DNA of 64,000 nt, taken from positions 2,546-66,545 of the forward strand of contig JASGME010000004.1 of assembly GCA_030156615.1 (NCBI GenBank), in the 5' to 3' direction. The stretch comes from Candidatus Woesearchaeota archaeon. Its GTDB lineage: Archaea; Nanobdellota; Nanobdellia; Woesearchaeales; UBA119. A program made the position numbers and the translations under genes. Shown here piece by piece: positions 51,161 to 60,753 of the stretch. A model generated the notes under the pieces. The model did not search any database and was not told the origin of the DNA. It saw only the letters and a program-made list of their open reading frames with translations. Numbering within the stretch: position 1 is the stretch's first letter; each line of letters starts with the position of its first letter.

Positions 51161-51384
51161 CTATCCTTGATAATTTTTAATGCAGTCTTGATGTCTCCTT
51201 CTCTTAAAGTCTTATTCCCAGAAACCTTACTAATCTCAATAGCTTTTCTTGATATCTTTTTTGCATATTCCTCAATCCAATCTCTAAGCTCCTCAACAGC
51301 CTCTTTTGAGACTTCACTAATTTCATCGCTATAAAATTCCCTTTTCAAAGGACTAAGAGGGATTCTATCTCTATTCTTTGGCAT
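51157..51384 (-). CDS. Divergent archaeal histone-fold protein
   Basis: IPLSPLKR, VSKEA..EL...IEE, A......GNKTL...DI..A align by eye to HMf-type histones. Confidence 0.8.
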   Translation of the reverse strand: MPKNRDRIPLSPLKREFYSDEISEVSKEAVEELRDWIEEYAKKISRKAIEISKVSGNKTLREGDIKTALKIIKDR

Positions 51385-51436
51385 ATAGAACTAAAAAACA
51401 GATTAATTTATATAACTTTTGCTCCTCTTTTTATTT

Positions 51437-52150
51437 ATGTCCAATGAGAATCAAAAGAAGCAACCAGTAGATAACGATGTTATTGATGAAATAATAAAAA
51501 TCTTGGAAAAATCAATATTGAAATACCAGCTTCCGATAGTCACCCAAATACGAATAAAGACAAACAAACCATTTGTTGTATTAATCTCAACAATGCTGAG
51601 CTTAAGAACAAAAGACAAGATAACAAAAGAATCTACAATGAGACTTTTAGAGTTGGGAGATTCCCCAGAAAAGCTTTTAAAATTCTCTCAAGAAGATATT
51701 GAAAAAGCAATATACCCAGTTGGATTTTATAAAACTAAAGCAAAGAATATCCTTAAAACATCTCAAATCCTTAAAGAAAAGTACAACGGAGAAGTTCCAA
51801 AAGATATGAATGGACTTCTTGAACTCCCTGGAGTAGGAAGAAAAACAGCAAACCTTGTATTAGGAGAAGCTTTTAACATTCCATCAATCTGTGTAGACAC
51901 ACATGTACATAGAATAAGCAACAGACTCGGTTATGTTTCAACATCTAACCCAAAGGAAACTGAGTTTGCTCTCCGTGAAAAACTTCCTCAGAAATATTGG
52001 ATAAGGTACAATACACTTCTAGTAACCCTTGGTCAAAATATATGTCTCCCAAGAAGTCCTCTTTGTTCTAAATGTCCAATAGAAAAATATTGCCCAAAAA
52101 TTGGTGTTAAAAAAGCAGATAACAAAAATTCCTCTCTATCTATCATCTAA
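51437..52150 (+). CDS. nth: Endonuclease III
   Basis: LPGVGRKTANL, VDTHVHR, C-x6-C-x2-C-x5-C Fe-S motif. Confidence 0.96.
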   Translation: MSNENQKKQPVDNDVIDEIIKILEKSILKYQLPIVTQIRIKTNKPFVVLISTMLSLRTKDKITKESTMRLLELGDSPEKLLKFSQEDIEKAIYPVGFYKTKAKNILKTSQILKEKYNGEVPKDMNGLLELPGVGRKTANLVLGEAFNIPSICVDTHVHRISNRLGYVSTSNPKETEFALREKLPQKYWIRYNTLLVTLGQNICLPRSPLCSKCPIEKYCPKIGVKKADNKNSSLSII

Positions 52151-52240
52151 AGGTGCTGTTTTTCACCAGAGGAATTTTTGGGATTAAAAAGACAAGTCTT
52201 TATCTATCACCTAAAAGTGCTGTTTTTAGCTTCGTCTTTT
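52123..52240. repeat. Two 27-bp direct repeats, each enclosed by its own inverted repeat
   Basis: 52137-52163 vs 52201-52227 (2 mismatches); perfect 13-bp stem 52123-52135/52168-52180. Confidence 0.75.
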
Positions 52241-52291
52241 AAATAACAAATACATTTAAATACCTTTTCAACATATTTCTTAAGAAGGAAG

Positions 52292-52888
52292 ATGGGCACG
52301 CGAGTTAAATCAGGGACAATTATTGGAGAAACTAAGTTAAGCATAAAACACAAAAATACCCCTTTTGATATGAATGCACTTGCTGCCTTTATGCATGATT
52401 GGCTCCTTGAAGAAGGATTTCATGATGATACCGGCTCAGACGATTTCATTGAAACATATTACTGGCAGGAATCAACACAAAAGGGCAAAAATGTGTGGTT
52501 TTGGTGGCGAACATTTGCAGGCCCCGAGAAAACCCAATCAACTTATTTTGAATATCATCTTGATTTAGAATGCCAAATCTTAGGATTAATTGATGTTGAA
52601 ACCGTAGTCAATGATAAGAAACTTAAGCTCAATAATGGAGAAGTAAACATAAACATAAAAGGATATATGGTTTTTGATCCAAACGATCTCCTGAAGACGC
52701 ATCCTTTTATAAAAACAATTTATAACTTCTTTCCAAAATCATGGCTCCATAAAGAGATAAATTTGCACAAAAAAACATCAAAAAAGCTAACATCAGATTT
52801 TTATAATGCAATAAAGGCTCATTTAGAACACCGCACCTTATCAGAGCAATTCCCGAATTTTGCTCCAAATAGAGGAATTGAGCATTGA
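52292..52888 (+). CDS. Hypothetical protein (Trp/aromatic-rich, beta-strand-rich)
   Basis: 198-aa ORF with upstream TTTAAA TATA-like element; no function recognised. Confidence 0.75.
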   Translation: MGTRVKSGTIIGETKLSIKHKNTPFDMNALAAFMHDWLLEEGFHDDTGSDDFIETYYWQESTQKGKNVWFWWRTFAGPEKTQSTYFEYHLDLECQILGLIDVETVVNDKKLKLNNGEVNINIKGYMVFDPNDLLKTHPFIKTIYNFFPKSWLHKEINLHKKTSKKLTSDFYNAIKAHLEHRTLSEQFPNFAPNRGIEH

Positions 52889-52922
52889 AATAACTAGTTT
52901 TTATAATTCTTTTTAAATAGAA

Positions 52923-54254
52923 TCATATAATTCTTGCAATAAGAGAATAACCACTTACACCAACAATCTCAACATTTATCCAATGCCCTATAGATTCATC
53001 TGAAACGATTCTTAACTTCTTTTCTATATCTTCATTTGGAATAATTAATTGCTTATACCAAAGATTCCTTGCCTTCATTGTTTTAAGTTTTCCTTTTTCG
53101 TCAATAAGTGCCTTGCCTTTCCATCCTACCCAATCTTTGTTTCTATCTTTAACGATTTCATTGAAAACATCTTTCAAAATCTTAGCCCTTTCTATTCCAA
53201 CCTCTGGCTTTAATTGTTCCATTGTCGCAGCCCTTGTTCCGGGCCTTGCCCAAAATCTAGAAATATTAATAACATCAGGCTTAATCTCCTTAATAAGCTC
53301 AACACTCTTTTTGAAATCTTCTTCAGTTTCATGTGGAAAACCAACAATAACATCTGTTGCTAAACTAACAGCCGGAATTTTATTCTTAATCCTTTTAAAA
53401 AGCGTTAGAAAATCATTAGCACTATACCCCCTATTCATCATCTTTAAAACCATATCACTGCCTGATTGAACAGGAATATGAAGAAATCTGAAAAAATGTT
53501 TAGAGTCTGCAATAACTTCATTAAAATCATCGACAATTCTAAGAAGATGATTTGGATTACTCATTCCAAGTCTTACCCAGAATTCTCCATTTAGCTCATC
53601 AATATCTTTCATTAGCTCAATAAAGCTTTCCCTTATATCAAAGCCGTAATTAGCCAAATCCTGAGAAGTTAGCCAGATTTCTTTAGCTCCTTCTCTTAGA
53701 AAGGTCTCAATCTGACATATGATATCTTTTTTTGGATAAGATTGTAAAACTCCCCTTGCCTGTTTTGTTTTACAATAGCTACAATTGCCCAAACAACCCT
53801 CTGCGATTGGCACTATTGAAATTGTCTTATTGAACATATTGTAATTTAATTTATGAAAATCTTTCTTAGTTCCATTCCAGAATACAGTTCTTTTTCCAGC
53901 AATGATTTCATCAACAGATCTAACAATATCGTCAAGATTCCTTGTTCCGATAATACTAACATCTTTTAATCTATTATCATTTACTAGCCCCTTTTCTGCA
54001 TCAACAACACACCCTGCAGCAATAACCTTTTTTTTGCTCTCTTTTGCATTCCTCAAAGCCCTAAAGAGTTTCGTTTCAGCATTGTTTTTAACAGTGCAGG
54101 AGTTAATTATAACAACATCTGAATTTTCATAATTAGAGATTTCATATCCTGCTTCCTCGAGTCTTCTTTTCATATACAAAGAATCAGCCTGATTTGCAGA
54201 GCATCCATAAGTCTTTATGAATACATTCGCCTTCTTCTTGATAATATTCTTCAT
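52923..54254 (-). CDS. tRNA t6A37 methylthiotransferase (MtaB/CDKAL1-like radical SAM)
   Basis: TYGCSAN, NSCTVK, CLGNCSYC, HIPVQSGS, TRAM-like C-terminus. Confidence 0.92.
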   Translation of the reverse strand: MKNIIKKKANVFIKTYGCSANQADSLYMKRRLEEAGYEISNYENSDVVIINSCTVKNNAETKLFRALRNAKESKKKVIAAGCVVDAEKGLVNDNRLKDVSIIGTRNLDDIVRSVDEIIAGKRTVFWNGTKKDFHKLNYNMFNKTISIVPIAEGCLGNCSYCKTKQARGVLQSYPKKDIICQIETFLREGAKEIWLTSQDLANYGFDIRESFIELMKDIDELNGEFWVRLGMSNPNHLLRIVDDFNEVIADSKHFFRFLHIPVQSGSDMVLKMMNRGYSANDFLTLFKRIKNKIPAVSLATDVIVGFPHETEEDFKKSVELIKEIKPDVINISRFWARPGTRAATMEQLKPEVGIERAKILKDVFNEIVKDRNKDWVGWKGKALIDEKGKLKTMKARNLWYKQLIIPNEDIEKKLRIVSDESIGHWINVEIVGVSGYSLIARII

Positions 54255-54412
54255 AATTTTTAGGAGTGAGGCTTAATTTTAAAAGCCTTTTGCGACTCAT
54301 ATTTAAATTCTATTGAAGTTTGTTGTTTTTATTCAATCTTTAACCATCTTATTGAAATAATTCAAAGATTTTCTTAACAATTTTTTATATCTTCTATATT
54401 TTTCTAAAATTA

Positions 54413-54940
54413 TTGATGCAAATGAATCTCAAAAACATTATTCAGGATATAATGGGGATTATTATTGCCCTTTCAATCTCAGCCCTTACACTTGCAAGTA
54501 TAGTTGCAGGCGTATATTCTACTGGAATAATAAATGATAGCGATAGCTTAACCAACTTTTTCTCATTGCAAACCCCGATAGAAGAAGCTCCTCAAGACAT
54601 TATTAAAGAAAAAGATATTAAGATAAGGCACAATTCTGTCATCATAAATGTTAAGAATGCATCAATTGTTGAGATTGAACAGCCATACTTAAATCTATTA
54701 CTTCTCCCTAAAGGCAGTCATGCTCTCCTGATAGATCCATCATCACTAGATCAACTATCCTTTGATAGCTTAAAAGAAGGAGACATAGTATACTATGAAT
54801 CAGGGAATAATTCAACAGGATTTTCAAGAATCTTTGAAATACACACTGAAAATAATATCACTTATTTTATAGATGCATTTACAAAAAAAAGCATTAAGGA
54901 AGATGAAATAATTGGTGTAGTTGCGGCCTTCACTTATTGA
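54413..54940 (+). CDS. Single-TM hypothetical protein, possibly a degenerate S26 peptidase-like fold
   Basis: N-terminal TM, LKEGDIVYY, IIGVV; catalytic Ser motif not seen. Confidence 0.5.
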   Translation: MMQMNLKNIIQDIMGIIIALSISALTLASIVAGVYSTGIINDSDSLTNFFSLQTPIEEAPQDIIKEKDIKIRHNSVIINVKNASIVEIEQPYLNLLLLPKGSHALLIDPSSLDQLSFDSLKEGDIVYYESGNNSTGFSRIFEIHTENNITYFIDAFTKKSIKEDEIIGVVAAFTY

Positions 54941-54989
54941 TTATCTCTTTCAATATCATTCAATCAGTTCGATCCTTTTTCCTATTAGC

Positions 54990-55703
54990 TTATATTACAT
55001 TTAGCAATGAGTAAACCATCCTGTCTCCTGCATGCTCTAGAACAGAAACATTCTCACCGCTAATGATAATACAATCATCTCTAAAGAAAATTCTATTACC
55101 AGAAGTTTCGTTTATTTCATACCTGATTACAGAAACAAAAGTCTCTGTTCTATTTTCAACATTAATCATATCGCCTTCCGAAGCATTGTAGCAATCAATG
55201 ACCATTGCAGCTTTATCATCGTAACCAGCTGGAATATAAGTTACCCCAACAACACTTGGAATTCCTAATATGCCCGTATTGTTCTTTCTAGGATTTAGAA
55301 TCTTTGAAATTTCCATGGCAGATAATCCAACACTGCTTGGCATAAAAGGATCTGTAGTTATAAAAACAACATCTGAGCTTAGCAACCTATCTTTGATTTT
55401 GCTTTCATTTATAATCTCAATATATTCAACCTCTTCAGGATTATACCTGACCATCAATTCATAAGACTGATTTCCAACCTTGACTAGAGTAGACCAACCA
55501 ACAAGCTCTTTCTTAAAAATGAAATCATTATATTTTATTATCCCTGGACTAGAATGATTGTCTTTTTCTCCTTTTAAATGAAAATCAATTACCCCAAGCT
55601 GTTGTAAAAGCAACCATAAAAAAGCAACAGCAATCATTACAATGATAATATTGACAGCAAAAATCTTTATCCTGCCTTTTTCTTTTCTTTTATGTATCGC
55701 CAT
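54990..55703 (-). CDS. Single-TM exported hypothetical protein
   Basis: TM near N-terminus; YNDFIF..GW, YNP, Cys pair. Confidence 0.75.
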   Translation of the reverse strand: MAIHKRKEKGRIKIFAVNIIIVMIAVAFLWLLLQQLGVIDFHLKGEKDNHSSPGIIKYNDFIFKKELVGWSTLVKVGNQSYELMVRYNPEEVEYIEIINESKIKDRLLSSDVVFITTDPFMPSSVGLSAMEISKILNPRKNNTGILGIPSVVGVTYIPAGYDDKAAMVIDCYNASEGDMINVENRTETFVSVIRYEINETSGNRIFFRDDCIIISGENVSVLEHAGDRMVYSLLNVI

Positions 55704-55704
55704 A

Positions 55705-56340
55705 TTAATCACTAAAAAAGTTTTCTTCGTTAATAACTCCAAGCCTTACATATTCAACCAATTCAAAGAATTGAATAACATCATAAGGAGTATTTGAATC
55801 TATTTCAATTTCATAGCATTGCTCTCCAATCTTATTTAAAACACTTTCGTTTCCCTCATTAAAGATTACTACAGGCGACATGGTTGAGTTGATGCAGTTA
55901 ACCTGAGCTAAACTTCCACCATCCACGAATCCCTGAATTATTTTAATGGGTTTTATCCCACCGAGATTTTTTTCAATCTCAAGCCTGCCATAGGAAACAT
56001 AACCAGTGAGATCAGAATTTTCATGAGTAGAAACAAGCAATATAGGTGTTTTTTGAATAATATTAAAAAGTTCCTTTGAAAGATTAAAAGTCTTTATCTC
56101 TGATGGGAGAAAATTAAATCCGATATCTTTTCTGTTGTATTTAAGAATCCATCCATTGTTTGTCATTGAAAAACTATAATCCCCAAACACTATTTCATTC
56201 TCAGGATTTCCTTGAGAATTCATTATGGCAAATTGGATTGTACTACCAACAAAAAGAAAAGCCACGAGAAGACTCCAGATAAGCATATTTCTCTTTCTTC
56301 TCTTCTCTTTTTTAATATTTTTCAATTCTTTTTTAGCCAT
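55705..56340 (-). CDS. Single-TM exported hypothetical protein, probable paralog of its neighbour
   Basis: TM; FGDYSF..NGW, FLP, Cys pair. Confidence 0.75.
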   Translation of the reverse strand: MAKKELKNIKKEKRRKRNMLIWSLLVAFLFVGSTIQFAIMNSQGNPENEIVFGDYSFSMTNNGWILKYNRKDIGFNFLPSEIKTFNLSKELFNIIQKTPILLVSTHENSDLTGYVSYGRLEIEKNLGGIKPIKIIQGFVDGGSLAQVNCINSTMSPVVIFNEGNESVLNKIGEQCYEIEIDSNTPYDVIQFFELVEYVRLGVINEENFFSD

Positions 56341-56371
56341 TTGTAGTTCCACTTTCTGCTTGTAAAAGAAA

Positions 56372-56446
56372 TGGGCCCGCGGAGATTTGAACTCCGGACC
56401 TCTCGATTATCAGTCGAGCGCTCCAACCTGGCTAAGCTACGGGCCC
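56372..56446 (-). tRNA. tRNA-Ile(GAT)
   Basis: GGGCCCG/CGGGCCC acceptor, anticodon loop CTGATAA. Confidence 0.95.
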
Positions 56447-56607
56447 CTCGCCTTAAGACTCTGCTGAGACTTCTTGTTTAATTAATAAAGTTTTCGATTG
56501 GTCTCTCAAACAAGGAGTTTAACATATCTTTATTGAAAAGATGTAAGAATCAAAAAGAGAATTGCTTATTAAACTCGAAATCTTTAATAATCTTTTCGTA
56601 TTCTTTC

Positions 56608-57705
56608 ATGAGAATGGACAAAATTCCTATTGCCTTTCCATATTGTTCAGACGAGCTAATTGAATCCGTTGGAGAAACCATCAAATCAGGAAGATGGGCA
56701 AGAGGCAGGCATGCAGAAGAATTTGAGAAAGAATTTGCGTCTTACATAGGAAAAAAGTCTGCTTTTGCTGTTAATAGCGGGACAACTGCATTAAGACTTG
56801 CATTAAGATCTTTAAATCTTAAGAAAAAAACAAAAGTAATCGTTCCAGACATGAGTTTTATTGCTACTGCTCAATCTGTTATATTAGAAGGTCTTGACCC
56901 TGTTTTTTTAGATGTAAATTATGATGGAAATCTTGATCCGACTTCTCTTGAAAAATTTCTTTCTAATTCATATCAAGAAGTTGGTGCAGTAATGCTTGTT
57001 CATCTTCATGGTAAAGCAGCTCAAGTTGTTGAAATTTCAGAAATCTGCAGGAAATATAATGTTCCTCTGATTGAAGATTGCTCTCAAGCTACAGGCGTAG
57101 AAATCAAAAGAAAAAAAGCAGGCTCTTTTGGAGATTTATCAGTATTCAGTCTTTATGCTACAAAAACATTAGCAAGCGGAGAAGGCGGCATCATTGCTTT
57201 TGATAATCAAGAATTAAGAGATTTTTTTTCTGCTTCTTCTGACAACGGTTTTTATAAAGGAAAACTAATCAATTCGCTAGGAGATAGCCTTCGATTTAGT
57301 GATATTCATGCAACTATTGCTTTATTCCATCTAAAGAATCTTGATGAATTAAATGCAAAGAGAATTATAATTGCAAAGCAATATCATGATAAGTTTAATT
57401 CGCTTAATAATATAATCCTGCCTTCTTTAGAAAATAATGTCTTCCATCATTATAACATTGTAATTAAAAAAGAATACAAATTTTCTTTTCAAGAGGCATA
57501 TTCTTATTTCAATAACTCAGGCATTGAGATAAGACAATATTATCCATACACTTTATCTTCAATCTTTGAGAGAAAGCCTCAAAAAACAGCATCTTATCTG
57601 TCAAAGAACTCGTTTTGCATCCCAATCTTTCCTTCACTGAACACTGATCAAATTAATAAAGTTAGCGAAAACACATACAATTTTTTGAAAGGTTTGAAAA
57701 AATGA
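56608..57705 (+). CDS. DegT/DnrJ/EryC1/StrS family sugar aminotransferase
   Basis: NSGTTAL, VHLHG, IEDCSQA, SLYATKTL, GEGG. Confidence 0.92.
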   Translation: MRMDKIPIAFPYCSDELIESVGETIKSGRWARGRHAEEFEKEFASYIGKKSAFAVNSGTTALRLALRSLNLKKKTKVIVPDMSFIATAQSVILEGLDPVFLDVNYDGNLDPTSLEKFLSNSYQEVGAVMLVHLHGKAAQVVEISEICRKYNVPLIEDCSQATGVEIKRKKAGSFGDLSVFSLYATKTLASGEGGIIAFDNQELRDFFSASSDNGFYKGKLINSLGDSLRFSDIHATIALFHLKNLDELNAKRIIIAKQYHDKFNSLNNIILPSLENNVFHHYNIVIKKEYKFSFQEAYSYFNNSGIEIRQYYPYTLSSIFERKPQKTASYLSKNSFCIPIFPSLNTDQINKVSENTYNFLKGLKK

Positions 57706-59051
57706 ACATATTAGTATTGAATCTTCCATTTCCTAGAAAGATTATAAGGCGATATAGTTGTTCTTATTACTCTAATGGTTTTTTATATCTGCCTCAGGAA
57801 CTTTTAAGGCTTGCAACAATAATAAAACAAAATAATACAGGCAATACTTTCTTTATAGACGCAATTGCAGAGAATAGATCTGTTAAGGATATAATTAAAT
57901 TTGTAAAAAACAATCATATAGAAATTATTTTTACATTGCTCTCGCTTGATTTCATAGATAATGATTTAAAAATAGTAAATAAAATAAAACAATCAACATC
58001 AGTTCCTATCGTTTCAATAAGCTATTTGGCATCTTTATTTAGAAATCAATTCCAGCATTTAGATGTAGTTCTTGATAAATTCTTTGAGCAAAAGACCTAT
58101 TTTGCATTAAAGAATTCTTCATCTATTGATGATTTGATTAATTCATTAAAAGAAACAGAAGGAAAAACCTTTGATTTCAATCCAAATTTAATTAATCAAG
58201 TTGATAGAAGTTTTATAAATCCCAAGAATTATCAGGAAGTCTTCTGTAGAGGTAAAACTGCTTTTCTTTATTTCGGATTTGGCTGTCCTTATAAATGCAA
58301 CTATTGCATCTCTTCATATGATTATAAAAATTATACCTTGAGAAAAAAGGAATTTATTTTTGATGAATTAGAACAACTTTACAAAGAAGGATATAAAAAC
58401 ATAAGGGTGTTAGATGATAATTCAACAATTAATAAAGAATTCCTAAAAGAATTAGATATTTTTCTAAAAGAGAAAAAGATTTTTCTAAATTTTTATGGCC
58501 TATCAAGAATATCTCTCATTGATAAAGAAATGGTTGAAATTCTTAAAGATGTCGGCTTTAAGAGAATATATTTAGGGTTAGAAACGCTTAACCAAAAAAT
58601 GCAAGAATATTACGAAAAAAACATAGAAGTTAATTTAACTATTCTAAGAGAAAAAATAAGACTTTTAAAATCCAATGGAATTGAAACAGGCCTATGGATG
58701 CTTTTCCATCCATTAAAGCAGACAAAAAATGAATTGTATTCATCGATAAAAGAATTATCTTATTTAAAAGCAGATCTCGTTAATCTTAGCATTCTTGTGC
58801 CTTATCCAGGGACAAAATTATTTGATCTTGAAAAAGAAAACATTAATTACTCTTTAAATCCATTCATATCAGAATTCAAAACGAATTACAATTGTGATAA
58901 AATAGAGAGGATGTTCTATGTTCGTTATTATTTAAGACCTTTAAATGCCTTAAGAATAATGAAATTTGTTTTAAAATATCCTATAAAAAGTATTAATCTC
59001 TTTTTTTCATTATTTAAAAATCCAATAGATCCAAGAAAAGATTTTATATGA
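57702..59051 (+). CDS. Radical SAM protein with N-terminal B12-binding-like domain
   Basis: GCPYKCNYC, DDN, GLET, PYPGT; ATGA overlap with the aminotransferase gene. Confidence 0.85.
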   Translation: MNILVLNLPFPRKIIRRYSCSYYSNGFLYLPQELLRLATIIKQNNTGNTFFIDAIAENRSVKDIIKFVKNNHIEIIFTLLSLDFIDNDLKIVNKIKQSTSVPIVSISYLASLFRNQFQHLDVVLDKFFEQKTYFALKNSSSIDDLINSLKETEGKTFDFNPNLINQVDRSFINPKNYQEVFCRGKTAFLYFGFGCPYKCNYCISSYDYKNYTLRKKEFIFDELEQLYKEGYKNIRVLDDNSTINKEFLKELDIFLKEKKIFLNFYGLSRISLIDKEMVEILKDVGFKRIYLGLETLNQKMQEYYEKNIEVNLTILREKIRLLKSNGIETGLWMLFHPLKQTKNELYSSIKELSYLKADLVNLSILVPYPGTKLFDLEKENINYSLNPFISEFKTNYNCDKIERMFYVRYYLRPLNALRIMKFVLKYPIKSINLFFSLFKNPIDPRKDFI

Positions 59052-59061
59052 GTGAATTAAA

Positions 59062-60714
59062 ATGGAATTTGGACCAATTTATAACTTTCTTTCAACAAAA
59101 ATCTGGCCAATTTTCTTTGAATATGGAAAATTCTTTGCTTATCTTACACTTATTCTTACGATAATCTCAATTATATTGTCTATCTTAGTAATAAAAGAAA
59201 GATTCATTAATTCAAATAAATCAAAGAGAAGAAAAGACAACAAATCCTATTTCATGATTCTTTCCCTACTTTTAATAATCTCCTCTTTTGTTTATTGGTC
59301 AGTCGCATCTGAGAGAGTCTTTTTTTCATATGATGAGACTGATTTGAAGTTTTATATCGCTTCAATTAGACTTGCTCAAGAAGGAGAGTTTCGTCCATCT
59401 GGAACCCCCTTAGGGGGTTTTTCTTACATTTTGATCTTTCTCTTTAGAATTTTTCCATCATTGACAGATCCTTTTAACCTTTTCTACTTTATAATTTGGA
59501 TGAACTATTTTGTTCTACTTTTCATGATTTTTTTGATTTTTGACATGTTTTATTTAAAATCAAAAAACAAGTTAATTCCGATTTTTCTTACTTTGACTAT
59601 TCTATTTTATACACCCCTAATTGAGAGTATTTGGTATTACAAGCTTTATTATACAATTTGTCTCGCTGGACTTTTCTTTACATATTATGTATTCATCAGA
59701 ATGAACGATTTACAAAAGAATAATAAACTAACTAAGTTAGGAAAATTTTACTATCCGCTGCTGATTTTAATCCTTCTTTTCTTAACTAGTCATAGCCGTC
59801 CAGAATTATTAATTCTCTCTTTTCCAATACTTATTTATTCTATCCCTTTTCTCATTAAAGAATTTAAAAGTTGCAGATGGCAAGGAAGATTATATTATAT
59901 TATTTTAATATCTTTTTTTATCTTGATTCATATAGATGTTCTTTCATGGTATATTTTATCAAATAGCCAAAGATTGAATGATGGAACACTTCAATTCAAC
60001 AGGCCTGTAATAAGCAGAGATATTATGAATGTCTTTGAATGGCTTTCATACTCCTTCATATTTGTTTTACTTTTTTCTAAGAAAACAGCAATATTTGGTC
60101 TCTTGTACATCCCTTTTTTCACTTATATTAGATTCTCTCTTATGTGGGATTGGCTTCTTTATCCAACATATTTTGTCTTTGCATTATTTTTAATTCTTTA
60201 TAATTTTCCAATATTTACTAACAAAAAGACAACATCTTTAGCAATATCAATAGTTTTATTCCTTTCAATGTTTGCATTATCCCCCTTTTATCCTTTTGAA
60301 AGAAATTTGTTCTATTATCCTCTTCAATATTCTGAAAAAGATGATGATGGCTCTCAGATTTTGTATTTAAAGGAATATTTAAAGGATAAAGAATATATAA
60401 TTTATGAATCTTGGCCAGATATCTTTTCGACTTACATCTTTTCAGATTCTCCTTCTGAATTCAAGGAATTCCGTAAAGAATTAAGTAGCAATATGAGCAT
60501 TTTTTTTAGAGATGGATATCATCTCAATCTATCTTCTTCATTTTTTTTAGAACAAGAAAAGCCTGTTTTATTCGCTTATAATCGAGATATAACGGATTAT
60601 ACGCTCTATCTCAACGATTCAAATGTAACTTTTAGCAAACTTATAGATAAACCATTTGCTTACAATCTATATGAGCTTCATTTTCACTTTTATGATGAAA
60701 ATATTACAAAATAA
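59062..60714 (+). CDS. Polytopic membrane protein, probable GT-C glycosyltransferase
   Basis: More than 10 TM helices, SYDE in first external loop, SRPE motif, soluble C-terminal domain. Confidence 0.55.
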   Translation: MEFGPIYNFLSTKIWPIFFEYGKFFAYLTLILTIISIILSILVIKERFINSNKSKRRKDNKSYFMILSLLLIISSFVYWSVASERVFFSYDETDLKFYIASIRLAQEGEFRPSGTPLGGFSYILIFLFRIFPSLTDPFNLFYFIIWMNYFVLLFMIFLIFDMFYLKSKNKLIPIFLTLTILFYTPLIESIWYYKLYYTICLAGLFFTYYVFIRMNDLQKNNKLTKLGKFYYPLLILILLFLTSHSRPELLILSFPILIYSIPFLIKEFKSCRWQGRLYYIILISFFILIHIDVLSWYILSNSQRLNDGTLQFNRPVISRDIMNVFEWLSYSFIFVLLFSKKTAIFGLLYIPFFTYIRFSLMWDWLLYPTYFVFALFLILYNFPIFTNKKTTSLAISIVLFLSMFALSPFYPFERNLFYYPLQYSEKDDDGSQILYLKEYLKDKEYIIYESWPDIFSTYIFSDSPSEFKEFRKELSSNMSIFFRDGYHLNLSSSFFLEQEKPVLFAYNRDITDYTLYLNDSNVTFSKLIDKPFAYNLYELHFHFYDENITK

Positions 60715-60753
60715 AATTATGAATTCCTTAAATTATATTCATTATTTAGCAAA

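Noticed and set aside
52137..52227. Mini CRISPR array (27-bp repeat, 37-bp spacer)
   Set aside because: Only two imperfect repeats, the spacer pairs with flanking sequence, and there is no leader or cas operon; kept as a structured repeat instead
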